64,000 bases of DNA from Vicugna vicugna (lineage: Eukaryota), in assembly GCA_013265495.1 (NCBI GenBank), contig MU058221.1, positions 5,068,066 to 5,132,065 on the forward strand, in the 5' to 3' direction. Both the position numbers and the translations under genes were made by a program. Numbering within the stretch: the stretch's first letter is position 1; each line of letters starts with the position of its first letter. Below the pieces are notes generated by a model. The model saw nothing but the letters and a program-made list of their open reading frames with translations. It had not been told where the DNA came from and made no database searches. This document shows, in pieces, positions 17,761 to 32,389 of this stretch.

Positions 17761-18591
17761 TCCAAGTCTCTTGTCTTCCCAAGTGTGAGGGGCAGTGGTG
17801 AGAGAGAAGGCTAGAGAAGTTGGGGGTGGGGGCTGGGTCCAGAGGACACCAGGGGTCCTCCGTAATGAATGTGAGCCCAAGCGGGCCGCTGATGCTCTGA
17901 GCGGGGGCGGCTGCAGAAAGGATGATATTTTAGGAGGCTCAGTCTAGCTGTGCGGTGCTGAGTGGGTCGGAGGGCAGCACAGAGGCAGGGAGAACAGTTA
18001 GGGGCTGCAGCTATTGCTGGGATCCAGATGAGAGATGACACCCCTTGTTTTTCACCACTGCCCCTTCAAACACCCCTTTTCCATTTCCTCTCACCCAGCA
18101 AGCTAGACTCTAGAAAATTCTAAGAAGGATCACCAACTAGGCTATCAGGTCTTGGAAAAATGCCACTGGGTGAGGAAACTCATGGATTACCAAGCGGCCT
18201 GGAAGTGTTTATAGGACAGGGTAACCGAGGAGGTGTGCCGGTGGGAAGGGCGTGAAAGCATGGCTAACCCTAGACAAGACCGCACCTGTGGGGCTCAGGA
18301 TGTGTTCTGTGCAACCGTCCAAGCTACTTTCAGCTTTTGTTTCTAAAGAGGTAGCTGATCCCGGGACAAAAACATGGGTTCTGGGGCCAAAGGACCTAGT
18401 CACTCACTGCCTGGATGACTTTAACTTCAGTCTCTGCACTTTTAAATCGGGGTAAATAGTATCTGCTTCTTAGGATTGTTGTGAGAGCCTGACATGTGGT
18501 AAAGCCGAATGGCTGGTACTTGGTAACAGTCCTAAGTCCTAGCCTTGACTGTGGGCCTGCCTGTGGGCTATCCTGCACTCCAGTTTCCCCA

Positions 18592-18619
<28 letters not shown>
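18592..18619. repeat. (CA)n microsatellite
   Basis: About 14 AC units. Confidence 0.95.
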
Positions 18620-18622
<3 letters not shown>

Positions 18623-18811
18623 CTCTCCAAACCTGAGCTTGGGCACCAAATGGTAACCTTCCCTACCACGTGGCAGAGCCTGTCTGCAGAAGTCAGGCAA
18701 TGACATGGAGAAAAATAGGACATTGGATCCTGTCCCAAGGTCCCCACTTTTGCTGCAATGCCCCTCCCAACTGTGTGAGCTAGAAATTTCCTTTTTGATT
18801 TAAGCTAGTGG

Positions 18812-18935
18812 GGGGAGAGAGAGTATAGCTCAGTGGTAGAGTGTGTGTTTAACATGCATGAGGTCCTGGGTTCAATCCCCAATACCTCCATTTAAACAAC
18901 CTAATTACCTCCCCTCAAAAAATTAAAAAAAAAAA
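18812..18935 (+). mobile_element. Vic-1-like SINE
   Basis: tRNA-Ala head, poly-A, TSD AAGCTAGTGG. Confidence 0.9.
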
Positions 18936-19680
18936 AAGCTAGTGGAGATTTGGCCTCTGATATTTGTAAAGAAGATTTCTTGTGTCCTTGAAGTTTGAGG
19001 CCATCAAGGGAAGGGATTCGGCAGAAGCACAGAGCAGTGAGTGGTAGAACCAGAATTCTGCACACCTGCTGAAGGACTCTCTTTCCCCACCTTCACTTGC
19101 AGCCTCCAAGGACCCTTGAATCAGGGGTCATAGGAAACAGCCCTTCTCCACTGGGACAGGGCTCAGCAAACTCACTGCCTTCCCAGAGCAACACTCCCAG
19201 CATCCTCCTCATGTGTCAAGGATGTGAGAGGAGCCAGCTGGCTGTCTAACCCCTATCTACCTACGGTGGCCTGCTCAGCAGAGAGGAGGTCCTCACCCCT
19301 GCCCACACCATTCTGAGTGCCTGTGATTCTACTGCCCTTGTGGCTTCAGTGACCATTTATGGGGATACTGAGGTCAGTTTAGAAGTGTTTTAGACCTAAA
19401 TTCTCGCAGATGTTTCTTTACTTTGCAATTCTGGTTAAGGAGAGAGGGGGAGTTGGGAGCCAAAGGACTTCAGGAAAGTGGTTTCCACATCTGGTCTCCA
19501 GACACCTATGGACCACGATGACGATGTCACCAGTCGGTGACGAAAATGGAGAAAAACCACAGCCTGAGACGTGAGCTCTTCCTGAAGCAAAATTACTCCA
19601 CTTACTGGACCATCCTTTAAGGAGAAATCAAGTTCCTCCTTTTTTGGTATTAGGTTATACTTTCTTTAGCTACATCTTTT

Positions 19681-19815
19681 TTCTGTTTTTTTTTTCTTTC
19701 TGGGTGGGGGGAGGTAATTAGGTTTAGTCACTATTTATTGGGGGTGCTGGAGATTGAACACAGGGCCTTGTGCATGCTAAGCGTGCACTCTGCCACAGAG
19801 CTATACCCTCCCCCC
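19681..19815 (-). mobile_element. Vic-1-like SINE
   Basis: Reverse complement of the family consensus with a T-rich tail. Confidence 0.88.
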
Positions 19816-22800
19816 ATGTTTTCTTTTAGATTTTGCTGGGCGTTATCTTTAAAATGGGGTAGGAGGGGCAGGGTGGTTGGCCTAGATAACCTGCATGGGC
19901 TTTTCCAACTCCGATATTCCAAGCTCCTTGGGACCCACGGCCGAGTACACGCTGCCTGGTATTGGGTCCCCGTTACAGCCTGGCCTGCCTCCTCTGTTCT
20001 CTCTGCCTCCCCCCATGCATGTCCCCACCAGCCCCCCCTACTCTGTCCCACAACTCCTTATGCCTCTCGGGGAGAAGCACTCTGTCTGCAGTGAACTCTG
20101 GATCAAGTGATAACCCAGGAGATATAGTTTATAAAAGGCAAACATGGGTTTTGAAGAGCCGAACATTTGTCCTGAGAAAATGAGTGGATGGAGCCCTGCC
20201 TCTTCGCAGGCCTGGAAGTTAGAAGGACAGAAAGTCACTGACAAGGAGCAGAAACCCAAGAATACACACCGAGGCCAGGGCTGGGTGGAGGGAGCCCATC
20301 AAAAGAGACACAAGTTCTGGATGTCACTGACTCCCCCAACACCTGCTGTGGGGAGCCATGCGCCATCTTGTCCTGAGTCCTTGTGCTGTAGATGAGGAGA
20401 TGAAGGCCTGGGGATGGGAGTCTCTGATTGGGGGGTGGGGGATGGCAGAGGGGCCCATGTACATTTTTTTCCTCTGACACTACCTCAGCTGGGGATAAGG
20501 CCTGGAGATGGAAAGGAATTGAGGGAGAGACACCTGGAAACCAAGTCCAGAAGAGGCCAAGTGCTAAGTGAGGGCTGATCCAGGCCCCCCACGAGCCCTT
20601 CGTTCCTGCCCTCAAGCCTGATCACTGCTCTAGCCCCTTGTGTCCCTTTTCCTGTGCCCATAGCCCTCAGCTCAGCCCTCTGGACATCCCAGATCATGGC
20701 CCCAAATGGACTTGGAGCAGGAGGCTGGTAAGAGAGCTGGAGAGTGAGGAGGGCTGTGAGTGCTCTCCAGGGTACCCCTAAACTCCACACACCCTGTTGA
20801 GAAGCTCCGGGAAGCAGGGAGGTGGAGGGGAGCTGTCACTGCACTTAGAGCAGACCCCTGTCCCCATGTAGTACACTTCTGTACCCCAAGAGGATCCAGG
20901 GACAGAGGAAGTCTCATGGACGCTATGAGTCCCAAACACTGGGGCTGGGCCCTAGGGAGAACAACAGAACCAGGAGTCTCTCTGGGGACCTCCTGTCACC
21001 TTTGACCTGAGATGAGTCATCAGTAAATCAAGCGTGAGATGGAAGGCCACATTGGAATACACAACCCGCCCACGTCTCTGGCACCTGCTGCTGTGGGTAG
21101 CAGGTCATTTTTAAAGCAGCTATGTCAGAGGCCAGAGAGGAACCAGCCCCAAAGTCCCCATATCTACCTGGGAGATGCCACCAGCTCTAGGAAGGCTTCC
21201 AGCAAGGAGACCTTGGGCGGGCGGGGTGAGCCCTCGGGGCCCTCAGCTGTGCCCAGTGAAGCTGGGAGCTGGGGCAGCTGGGTGACCTGGAAGTGGAGGC
21301 GCAAGGAACCCCAGGCTGCCTGCTCCTCCTGCCCACCCTCTCCCTGAGAGCAAGAGGCAAGGCCATGAGACTCCTGGGACCCTTCTGTCTAATTCCCAGG
21401 GCCTGGCAGCCAGCTCTGCAGCTGACGCAAGGCCAGGGGTGGGTGAGCTCAGCCTGTCCCTGGCACCCGGAGCTCCGTGAGCCCCATCCCACCCTAGAAA
21501 ATACACCCATTCTCCTCCGCTTTGGCCCTCCTAGGTCTTGAGCTCCCCTCCTCTGCAGGCAGAGCGGGGCCACCTAAGGATCGGGGAGCGGGCCCTGCTC
21601 AGGGCTGGGGTAGTGCTGAGCATTTCTGGATCAGCCATGTTCCCCTGCACAGGCAGCCCGTGAGCTGTGCTGGGACCCGAGCCCTGGGCAGGTGGACCTG
21701 TCCAGTGGGGAGGGAGGACCTGGGCACCCCTGGGTCCTCAGGCTCTGTCCACGCCAGCCCATGTCTTCTTTAAGGAGTTGTCTCCAGACCTCCTTATCCC
21801 TTTAGAAGGGTGGGCTTTCCTCCACCAGCCCGCACCTCTCACTTTCAGTGCCCAGGCCCCTGGGAGGAGTTGCAGGGCCCGGCCACCCTGCCAGGAACCC
21901 TCGAGGCACCATCAGCTCAGGATAACAATTCATGCAGCATCCATTTACAATTAGCACAGTAGCAGTAGCCTAACATGTAATAACACAGCACGGCTAACGG
22001 GTAGGTCTCATTTTACAAAGTGCTTTCGGGATTAATTAGTGCTTCAAGGGATCCTGGTGACAATGCTGTGAGTAGGGAGGCCCGAGGTGAAGAAGCTGAG
22101 ACCCAGAGAGTTTCAGGGGCAGAACCAGGAGTCACGCCCACAGGGTCTTCCCACATCCTCGTGCTGCCTTCGTCCTGCCCCCCAAGCAGGGGGGCACATA
22201 CCCGCGCAGGCAGCAGGCTTGCTTGTCACTGGAGACCCAGTTTGGACAAGGGAACTTTTCTTGGGAAGGAGGAATGGGGGGAGGAGGCTGGGAGAACAGG
22301 ACTGTGGACCTGGGGTAGAGGCATGGTGGGGCCAGCCTGGGAAGGCCTGGGGACCTTCTGGGGAGCACGGAGATCTGGGGAGGGTACTTGGGGCACTGGA
22401 GGTGCAGCTCCTGCATCTCTGCTGCTCACTCTGACCGAGGCTCACTGGCCACGCTGACCTCAGGGTGGCACCTGCTGGGCTGGGGCTGCGGAACTGACTG
22501 GCCCTCTGGGTCTGGCCCAGGACAAGTGGCAGTGTCCATCACTGGCTTCCCAGGTGATGCCATGGTTGGATGAAGCTGCTCTCGGCATCTGCCCCACCAC
22601 CTTGTCCTGCCTCTTCTCTCAGCCACGCCTGACCTCCCTGGGTGGCCATGTGCACATCCCCATGACCTTCGCCGCCCTTCCAGTATCTCTGGTTGCTGAT
22701 GTAACTTCTGGAGCTGGTGCACTAAGGCTGCCCGGACTCACGGGCAGGTGAGCACACAGTCCCCTGTACTGGAGGGTATGACCTGTGCCAACTACACCTG

Positions 22801-25229
22801 CCCCTCCCCAACTCTGGCTCTCAGGCTTGGCGGGAAGGTCTGATGGGGCTGGAGGGGAGCAGGGAGGCTGTGTGTCCTTCTCATTGGAAGGACTCAGCTC
22901 CAGGGACCACCCAAAGCCTGGCCTGCACTCTCCCCCTTCACCCACCCCGTCATGGTCAGAGAAGGGGGATCTAAAGGACGAAATCCAATGCAAAGGCAGC
23001 TCCAGGCTCCGCCCCAACCTTGAACCAATCCCTGGAACCTCTACAATCACGTTCGAGTTGGAAGTATATTTATTTTTTTATTAGATATTGCAATCACCTG
23101 ACATTACATTAAAATAGCATAAAAGGGTATAATCCAGAGAAAAACAAGTGTCCCTCCCACCCCTTTTGCTCAGCTGCCTTGTTCTCCTTCCCAGAGAAAA
23201 GCAGTGTTACCAGTTTCTTGTGTATCTTTCCAGAGATAGGGTGGATTACCCATTGGATTTTTGATAATCAGAGCTCACGCAGCAAGGTTGCATTTTGCTT
23301 AATTTTCCTGCTTGGGATGAGGCAGGAGCAACTCCCCTGCTTTGAACAGTCCTAGAGAACAGGCAGGAGGTGACTAGAGAGAAGCTTCCACAATGGCCCA
23401 AGTTCCACTTGTCTCTCCCCTGCCCCACCCTCCACCCGTACTTCGTGGATGTCCAAAGCAGTGGTGAGGACAGATGGCTTTGGCTGTATTTCCCAGACAG
23501 GGAAGCTGAGGAGCCAAGATGCTAAGGACACTCAAAGTCACAAGGCCACAGAGCAAAGCTGGGGCACCCCAGTTTTCCTCTCCCGTCATCCCACCTCCCT
23601 GATGTCTTCCTTTTGTCTTCCAAATGACCTTGAGTTCCTGAATACCTTGTGGCCACAACTAGTCTACGGACATCCCAAGGGCAGGGGCACAAACTCTTCT
23701 TCTGCTGCCCTCTCTGAGCTGGACTCCGAGCTGGGCCCTGAGCGGCCCCTCGGCAGCGACCAACGATGTCCCCTGAATCAAGTGAGAGAGGCCGAGGGTG
23801 TGCTTTTCTTCCAGGGACACCCCAAAGCCCTGAAATCTGCATCTGGACACACGCACATCCCTGCCCACCAAACTCCCTGACCCAGAGGCCCTGTGCCTCA
23901 TCAGTTTCCTTCTTGTGCGGTTGGCTCAGTTAATGCCCCTGCCTGGGAGGCCAAGGCCATGGGCTGGCTCCCTAGGGGTGGAATCATGCAGAGGCGAAAC
24001 GTTCTGTTCCTCGCTCGTGAACTGTACAGAATGTTACAAATTACAACTGGATGACAATGAGACTGTTCCTCCACGAAATGCACGGTGCACGGTTCTCCAG
24101 CTGAAGACAGGTGACTTCCTTGGTGATCCTCTCTCCCAGTTCCTCCCCGCCCCACCTCTGTGATCCTGGGGGTTTCTCTGGGATGAGCCCTGGTCCCTCC
24201 TCCCATCTGTCTTTTACGTAAAGGCTCACTTTGGCAAAGCGGTTCTCTCTCTAAAGGTCATCGAGTGCCCAGTGTGATTTGGTTCTCAGAAAACAGGGTA
24301 GTAAGAAGGGACAGTGGCTTCCGAAGCTCTGAGCTGTGCCTGTTTAGTGATGCAGCAGGAACAAGGGGAGACAGTTCATTTCAAAGAACAGAAAGTACCT
24401 GCCGTGGCTGGTCTGTGAATTCAGACTCAGTTCTAAGGTGGGTGTGAGGACGTCGTGTGAGGACATCAGTAGAATGAGGGATCCAGGGAGGGAGGGGTGG
24501 CCGAGAGGCCCGTGGACCAGAGGGGCTGCTGACTTGGGAGAGGATTGGAAGGCCGGGCTGCTGGAGGAAGAACAGGTTGGGAGGTCGGTGGGGCTGGAAT
24601 CAGAGAGGGGATTCCTGATGGTGGAGGAGGGGGAGGAAATATTAAATCTAAGGTATGGCAGGTCAGGGGTCACAGAGAAGGAATCTGGGGACTCAACCTA
24701 AAAATCAACGTCCTCCCAAAAGTGCTCATCTGCTCCAACAACTGGCTCCCCTTCCTGCTTCCTCATTCTGCTCAAGGCGTGACCATCCTGATGGGTCAGG
24801 GCACCTGGTCTGGGCCCAGATCTCACCTAATGCTCACCAGGCTCCCCAGGGATCAAAGCTCTATCGTAGGATCTCAGGTCCCTGCTGCCTTCCTAGAAAT
24901 TCCGACCATGACCTCCCACCATCTTTGTTCCCCACCACCGTCCGGTGCCTTGCTCCCTCTGGATTTCCACCATGGTGGGTGGGGGAGGTCAGGGGGAACC
25001 TAACTGGGAGTCAGGTGTGACTGCTGAATTAAACTGAATGCAATGGGTTTGTTCAACCTTTGACCATTAAATTGGTGGCCTTTCTTTCATATGGCCATAA
25101 TGATACCGTTCTTCCAGAGAAACTGTTGACAAAGTGCCAACAGAATCACTCAGGTATAGTTGACTTTGTCAATAAAATGAGCAACAGCAACACAAGGGTT
25201 CACGGCTGGTGGACACACCCCTCCCCGCT

Positions 25230-27012
25230 TGGCCTCTGGGTCTTCGCTCTTTCTTGGTTTTTCATCTGTATCGCTGGCCCCTCCTTCTCTGTCTGTTTTT
25301 CTGGTTCCTCTTCATCTCCCTGTAAACATTGGAGGGCCACTCAGTCCTACCATTCTCTGTCCTTGCTCACACCCAGATGACCTCACCCGCCTTCACAGAT
25401 TTAAGACTCATCTCTCTCTATGCTGCATCTCCTTAATCTGTGTCTTTATCCTTGGCTGGTCCCTCAAACTCCAGGCTTGAATACCCAACTGCCTACTCAA
25501 GGCCTTGACCTCATGTCACGGACATGACCATGATAGATATGGCCAACAAATTCTCCAAAACCAAGCCTTTATTTAACCCCAAACCTGCTCCTTCTCTAGC
25601 TCAGTGAATGGCTATGTGACACCTTCATTCTTTCAGTGCTCAGAACAAAACCAGTTTAAAACTCTTCCTGGATGTGCTGTTTCTTTTACTCACACTCCAC
25701 AGTCAATATATCAGTAAATCCCCTTGGCTCTTCGTTCAAAATATATCCACCTGCCCCTGCTGCCAATATTTTTGCCCAATGACATCTTATTATTATTGTT
25801 TTTTTGCATATAACTTGCTTTTTTAAAAAATTGAAGTATAGTTGATTTACAACGTTGTGTTAGTTTCTGGTGTACAGCAAAGTGATTCAGTTATACACAC
25901 ATATATATATGATATATTCTTTTTCAGATTCTTTTCCATTATAGGTTATTACAAGATATAGACTATAGTTCCCTGTGCTGTACAGTAGGCCTTTGTTGTT
26001 TATCTATTTTGTAGGAGTTTGTATTTGCTAATCCCAGACTCCTAATTTATCACCCACCCCTTTCCCCTTTGGTAACCGTAAGTTTTTTTTCTATGTCTGT
26101 GAGTCTATTTCTGGTCTGTAAATAAGTTCATTTGTTTCATTTTTTAAGATTCCAGATATAAGTGGTATCATATGATATTTGTCTTTCTCCATCTGACTTA
26201 CTTCACTGAGTACAACAATCTCCAAGTCCATCCATGTTGCTGCAAATGGCATTATTTTAGTCTTGTTTATGGCTGAGTACTATTCTGTTATATATGCATA
26301 CCACATCTTCTTCATCCAGTCATCTGTTGATGGACATTTAGGTTGCTTCTATATCTTAGTTATTGTAAATAGTGCTGCTATGAACACTGGGGAGCATGTA
26401 TCTTTTTGAATTGGAGTTTTCTATGGATATATGCCCAGGAGCGGGGTTGCTGGCTTATAGGGTAAGTCTATTTTCAGTTTTTTAAGGAATCTCCATACTG
26501 TTATCCATAGTGGCTGCACCAAATTGCATTCCCACCAATAGTGTAGGAGGGTTCCCTTTTCTCCACACCCTCTCCGGCATTTATCATTTGTGAACTGTTT
26601 AATGACTGGTGTGAGGTGATCCCTCACTGTAGTTTGGATTTGCATTTCTCTGAGCACTCCCAGAGCTCTCTCTCTCTCTCTCACTGCCTTCTGGTCTCTG
26701 CTCAGATGTGACCTTCTCAGTGAGACCTCCCCGGACTACCTGAGTTAAGACAGAAAACCCTCCTACACTCCACACTTTAGATCTTATTTGCATTTTTTTT
26801 CATAGCCCTTATCACCACCTGGCATATTGTGTGTGTGTGTACACATGTAAAAATAAAATATTACGTATTTCTTGGTTGTTTATTACCTACCTCTCTCCTC
26901 CAGGCTATAAAACTCCATGAAAGTGGAGAGTTTGAGCTGTGTCCTGCCAGACTCCAGCATCTAGAACAGTGCCTGGCACAGAGTTCCACCATTGTTAAAG
27001 TTGTTGAATGAA
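25230..27012 (+). mobile_element. L2 fragment interrupted by a younger L1 (25820-26650)
   Basis: L2-like pyrimidine-rich body ending in tagaacagtgcctggcaca...gttgaatgaat. Confidence 0.65.
25820..26650 (-). mobile_element. 5'-truncated L1 (ORF2 C-terminus plus 3' UTR)
   Basis: ORF 26421..26684 gives MQIQTTVRDHLTPV...CRRGCGEKGTLLHYWWECNLVQPLW...PLLGIYP, the L1 ORF2 Cys-rich domain. Confidence 0.93.
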
Positions 27013-30000
27013 TCAGGCTTCCAGACCATAAATTAGTTGCCCAAGGCCACACAACTAGCAAATGTGGAAACTCAGATGGTTACCTCATTTGCCCAAGGTC
27101 GCAGAGTTGGGGGCAAGGCTGGGACTCCAGCCTGGGCCTAGATTAATCCCAACATACAACAACTGCACTTTCCACCTCTCCATCCTCCCGAGACCGATCG
27201 CCAGGATTCGTCCAACCGCACGCAGCCTTCCTGAACAGCCCTCCTGCCCTTCAACCTCTCCCGAGCTTCAGTCCGTTCTTTAGAAAACATAATAAAGTTT
27301 ATGTTCTTTGTATAATTATAGCATAATTTATACCCAGCTGACAAAATAGGAAAATATTTTTTTTAAGTAGGGGAAAGAAAAGTACCCATTGTCCTGTATC
27401 CAGAAACCATCATTGGTTACTATGTTGTTACTTTATTCCAGTCTTTTCTATGACGTTCGTGCGTAATAGAGATTATCATTATCATCAGGGCCTCTGGTCG
27501 CAAGTCCTTGGTTCTAAGCCGAACAAAAGAGAAGCGAAGGCGTATAATGACCATGGAAAGAGAGGCAGGTTTTGGATAGAAGATACAGACAGGGGGTCGC
27601 CCCAGGCGGGAACCGACACATAGAAATGGACAAGAAGGATCTGAGGAGGGGAGGGAAAGGTGGGGTGGGGGGAGGCTGTCTCAACAGGAACCCTGGGGAA
27701 AGTGAGGGGTACGGTCAGGCAGGAGGAAGGTGTGGAGAGTGATAAGCAGTGGATGAGGCTGCAGAACTTGGGCTCAACAAAGGAAACCTCCAAGACTTCC
27801 ATGTGTAGGGTGGAGATCCCGGAGGTAAGGAAACCGTTTACGGATAAGTGCTTTTATCAGAGAGAATTCAGAGGCAGAAGCAACTGAACTGAGTGTGAGC
27901 TTCGTAAGAAAGGGAGGAGTCTGCGATCACTCCCAAGGGGAGTGGCTGAGTGACTGGGTGAAAAGTGTCGGTTTTATTGAGACTCAGAAGGAGGGAAGGA
28001 GGCATGTAAACACAGATGTTTCTCTGAGCAGGGGAGCTGGGCCAGAAGGAATAGGGTGGAGAAATGAGCTAGAAATTCTCCAGCCAAGACCCTCCGAAGA
28101 TACTGCCCACTGGACCAGACCTGCACTGGTTTGCCTGGTCTGAAGGGCCCCACTCCCAGACCTGGTTGCTTCCTGCCTTTCTTCTGCCTTTGCTTTGGAA
28201 GACCCTCCACTCCAGATGGACCAGTGCCTTCTCCAGCACTAATCATCCCCATGCCACTTAACTCGCCCCATGTGCTGGGGCTGCCATCTCCCCTGATGGG
28301 GTCCCACGTCTTGCTCCCCAATCACACTCAGCTCCGGGACCTCCTTGCTCTGTGTGCCTGGAGCCACAGCCACAGGCACCCAGCAGAACCTCCACAAGTG
28401 CCCCTCGACTTGACTTTCCTCTTCCCCTCTTCTCTCACCTTCCAATCCCCAACTCGGTCAGTTTCACTCCCCGCCAATAGCCAAGCTTGACCCAGAGGGT
28501 TGCAAGAGGGGTATTTGCGTCAAACATTGCTGACTGGGGCCGACCTAGCCAGGTAGGACTGGTTTTCTCCACCAGACACTCAGGCCAGTGAACCCCCAGG
28601 AACTTGATATACTATAGTTGGAATAACGAAGACTTGGGTGCCATCGGGTTGTCAGGGTAACCCGTCTTTCCTGGCCCCAGTTTTCTCATCTGCCAAACAG
28701 GCTTTTGACCACTTCACTGGGTTACCACAAGGTCCAATGAGTCAGTGTTTGTGAAAATAAAACAGAAGGTGGAGGCAGGGATCAAGTGTCAGGTGTCAAG
28801 ATCACGTGTCGCTGCAGAATGAATGTTATAAAACACATGAGAGGCCTTAGCAGGTGTGCAGTCGATGTCATGCATGCTGGTCGGATGCCAGGCAGAGAGA
28901 CCGTTTCCAAATTCCAGGCAAATAAGGGGTCATTCTGAGCTGGGGTGGAGGCAGGAGGATGGAAATGAGGGACTTGTCAGGTGGACACAGTTCCACGAGC
29001 CTGGGCCACAACACAGGTGAGAAAACAAAGACCTGGGCCTCTCCAGGGGGATCCTAGTACCCTCCCCCCCAGAGCAAACTCTGTCCCTCGAAGCCAGTGA
29101 GGGCGCCCATGCTCTGTCCTACAAGCCCCACCTGACTTCAGTTCTTACGCTCACCCTGCTTGCCTGACCCCTCTTTCCCTGGGGATCTGGTCTTGACCCT
29201 GAGCAGATCTCCCCGTCTCCTCCCATCGCCCCCTGATCTCATCCCACCCTGCCCTCGCCCCTGTCGCACACCACTCTGGATGTTTATAACAGACTTCCAT
29301 ACCAATGCCAGCCAGAAATCCCAGGTGGGGCTCCATCCTGCCTGGTCTGTGTGACAGTCACACCCCCACTGCCATCTCACAGCCATTTACCACGTGGTGG
29401 GCGTAAAAGCCATTAGCAGCGGCGGGTGACTCTGCCATGGTGACTAACTGTGCCAAGGGAGAGGTGGGAGTGGAAAATAGTTCCCAGGTTTCCAGCCCGG
29501 AAGAGCGATGAGATCAGTTTGGAGCTTTGAACTTTGGGGCCAGCAAAGTGGAACTTTCCCTCGGGCAGGGAAGTGTGGGACTGGAATTAATCAGAGAGGT
29601 CAGGTGGATGTGGGGGCTTCAGAGACACCCACAGGGGTGTAATTGCTGAGTCTGTGCACAGAGAAAAGAGCAGATGCCTGAGGATTAGACATTTGGAAAC
29701 ACCTCCATCCACCCATGAAGTGAAGCTAATTCTCAGGAAAGGGGCTTGCTCTGACCAGATTCTGGGGTCCTCAGTGGCTCCAGGCTGGGCTGTTATGGAG
29801 GGGGGGGGTCCAGGGTGGCAGGCAGAAGGGCCTCGCTTCCCCAACAGGTCTCAAATTTAGACTCGGTGTTATTTCCAAATAGGATTATGCACACAGTCAG
29901 AGAGGCCCGGAGAGAAATGAAACAGAGACATTAATCAGATTTGAATGTGTGGCTTGGTGACTGGCCTTGCTGCCTGTCATGGACAACGGATTCATATTTT

Positions 30001-30430
30001 GTTACAATTCTGGGGAAAGTACAATTATATTTTGCTGTGTCTTTTACGTTCAAGTATTACTCAGTTATAAGTGAACATTTCAAACATACCATAATTTTGT
30101 AATTCTAACCTGGCGTTCTTCATTGTTTAATAAAGGAGTCCCCAGGCTAGGCAGTAGGCAGTGTCTTTATTCCTGTTTCTAATCTGAATAGCCAAGAAGT
30201 CTAGCTCCTGGCCTTCAGGGATTTTGCTGTCCAGCCTGAGTCACCAGCTGACACCTTCAGCTGCTTCTGAAGTCGGTCTGTCCTGGAGTCTGGATTTACG
30301 TGGACTCAGAATTTAACTCCACCTCCCACCTTGACCTTAAATTACCCTTAATTTTTTTTTTATTACTCAAAAACCCTCCATTTTACATTTTAACTCTGTG
30401 CTTGCCCTCTGCCCTTCAACACAGTCACGA

Positions 30431-30550
30431 CTTTCTTTTTCTTTTAATTAGGTTTATTTATTTATCTATTTTGAATGAAGGCACTGGGGCTTGAACCCTG
30501 GACCTCGTGGATGCTAGCTGTATACTCTACCACTGAGCTACACCCTCCCT
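30431..30550 (-). mobile_element. Vic-1-like SINE
   Basis: Reverse complement of the family consensus. Confidence 0.85.
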
Positions 30551-30892
30551 TCACGGGTGATTTTCTGCTCCTCAGTAAGGCAGCCATCCTTGACCCTGTC
30601 ATGGACACATTCACAGACGTGGAGCCATCATGAGCCCTGCTGACACAACTTTTCATTTCAGACAACATCATAAATTCTCACAGTGTGAACTTCTCAACGT
30701 GGGCCTGGGCACATGCCACATGCAGACTTTGGTGCCATCCTCACCTTCTTGGTGTCAAGGTAAACAATTCTATTATCAGGGGTTCAGGGCAGCCTCATTT
30801 CGTTAGAGGCTGTCCCGTAGGATAGTCTATGACGATGTGTCAAATGCTGGACCATTCTGAATGCCTCCAGACAAAGTCGTTAGGAAAAACAA

Positions 30893-32068
30893 ATTTTTAT
30901 TTTTAATTGTGGTAAAAATACATGTAACATAAATTTACCATCTTAGCCATTTTTCAAGTGTATAGTTCTACAGTGTTAAGTTCATTCACATTGTTGTGCA
31001 ACCGGTGTCCAGAACTGTTTCCATCTTGCACAACTGAAATTCAGTACCCAGTAAACAGTAGCTTTCCATTTCCCCTTCCCCGAGCCCCTGGCTGCCACCC
31101 TTCGACTTTCTGTGTCTGTGACTCTGCCTGCTCTGGGCACCTTACATGAGTGGAGTCATACGTGCCTTTTTGTGACTGGCTTATTTCACTTAGCATCACG
31201 TCTTCGGGATTCATCCATGTAGCGTGTATCAGAATGTCCTTCCTTTTTAAGGCTGAATAGCATTCCACTGCGTGCATGTATACACTGTATTTTGCTTATC
31301 CACTCATCTGTCAATGGATACTTGGGTTGCTTTTACCGTTTGACTATTGTGAGTAATGCTGCTGTGAAGATGGATATACAAATACATCTTTCAATTCTTT
31401 CAGATATACAGAAGTGGAATTGCTACATCATATGATAACTCCATTTTTAATATTTTGAGGAGACATCATACTGTTTTCCATAGTGACTGCACCATTTACA
31501 TTCCCACCAACAGTGTACAAGGATTCCAATTTCCCCGACCCTTGTCAACACCCATTTTCTGTTTGTTTGATGGTAGCCATCCAGATGTGTGTGGGATGAT
31601 ATCTCATTGTGGTTTTGATTTGGATTTCTCTAGTCAGTAGTGATACTGAGCATCTTATCATGCGCTTAATGGCCATGTATATATCCTCTTTAAAGGAATG
31701 TTTATTCAAGTCTTGGGCCCATTTCTTAATGGAGTTATCTGTTCTGTTTTTTACTGTCAAATTGTACTTCTTTTATCTACTGGATATTAACCCCTTATCA
31801 GGTATCTGATGAGCAAGTGTTTTCTCCCATTCCATAGGCTGCATTTTCTCTCGTGGACTGTGTCCTTTGATGCACAGAAGTTTCACATGTTAGTGTAGTC
31901 AAATTTATATATTATTTTACTTTTGTTGTCTGTGCATTTGGTCTCACATCTAAGGAGTCATTGTCAAATCCAACAGCATGAAGTTTTACCCAACGTTTTC
32001 TTCTAGGAGTCTCATAGTTTCAGCTCTTACATTTAGGTCTTTCATTCATTTTGAGTTAGTTTTTTATA
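30893..32068 (-). mobile_element. Older L1 (L1MA/MB-like) 3' portion
   Basis: Frameshifted ORF2 peptides IKKWAQDLNKHSFKEDI...EIQIKTTMRYH and WMNPEDVMLSEISQSQK. Confidence 0.9.
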
Positions 32069-32389
32069 CGGATAAGATTAAGACCTCTTTTATCTTAGCA
32101 AAATTTTTTTCCGATTATAAAATTCATGTTCATTGTAGAAAACTTAGAGAAATAGAAGCAAAATAAAAATCACCCTGAGTCAGTGTTGTGCAGATGGAAC
32201 GGCTTGATTTACAGTGTTTGCCGATTTCTGTGGTATGAATACTCCCACCATGGTCAATTTCAATCAACTGATGTGATAACACTAAATGCAGAGTAGGAAA
32301 GAGATGTGTACAACTGGCTTTCACACCACTGCCACTAATCCACCCTGGCCAGAGCCATAGCTCGTGTACACGGCAGTCATTCATACCAT

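Noticed and set aside
26421..26684. ORF with clear protein homology
   Set aside because: It is a decayed L1 ORF2 C-terminus in a truncated element, not a host gene.
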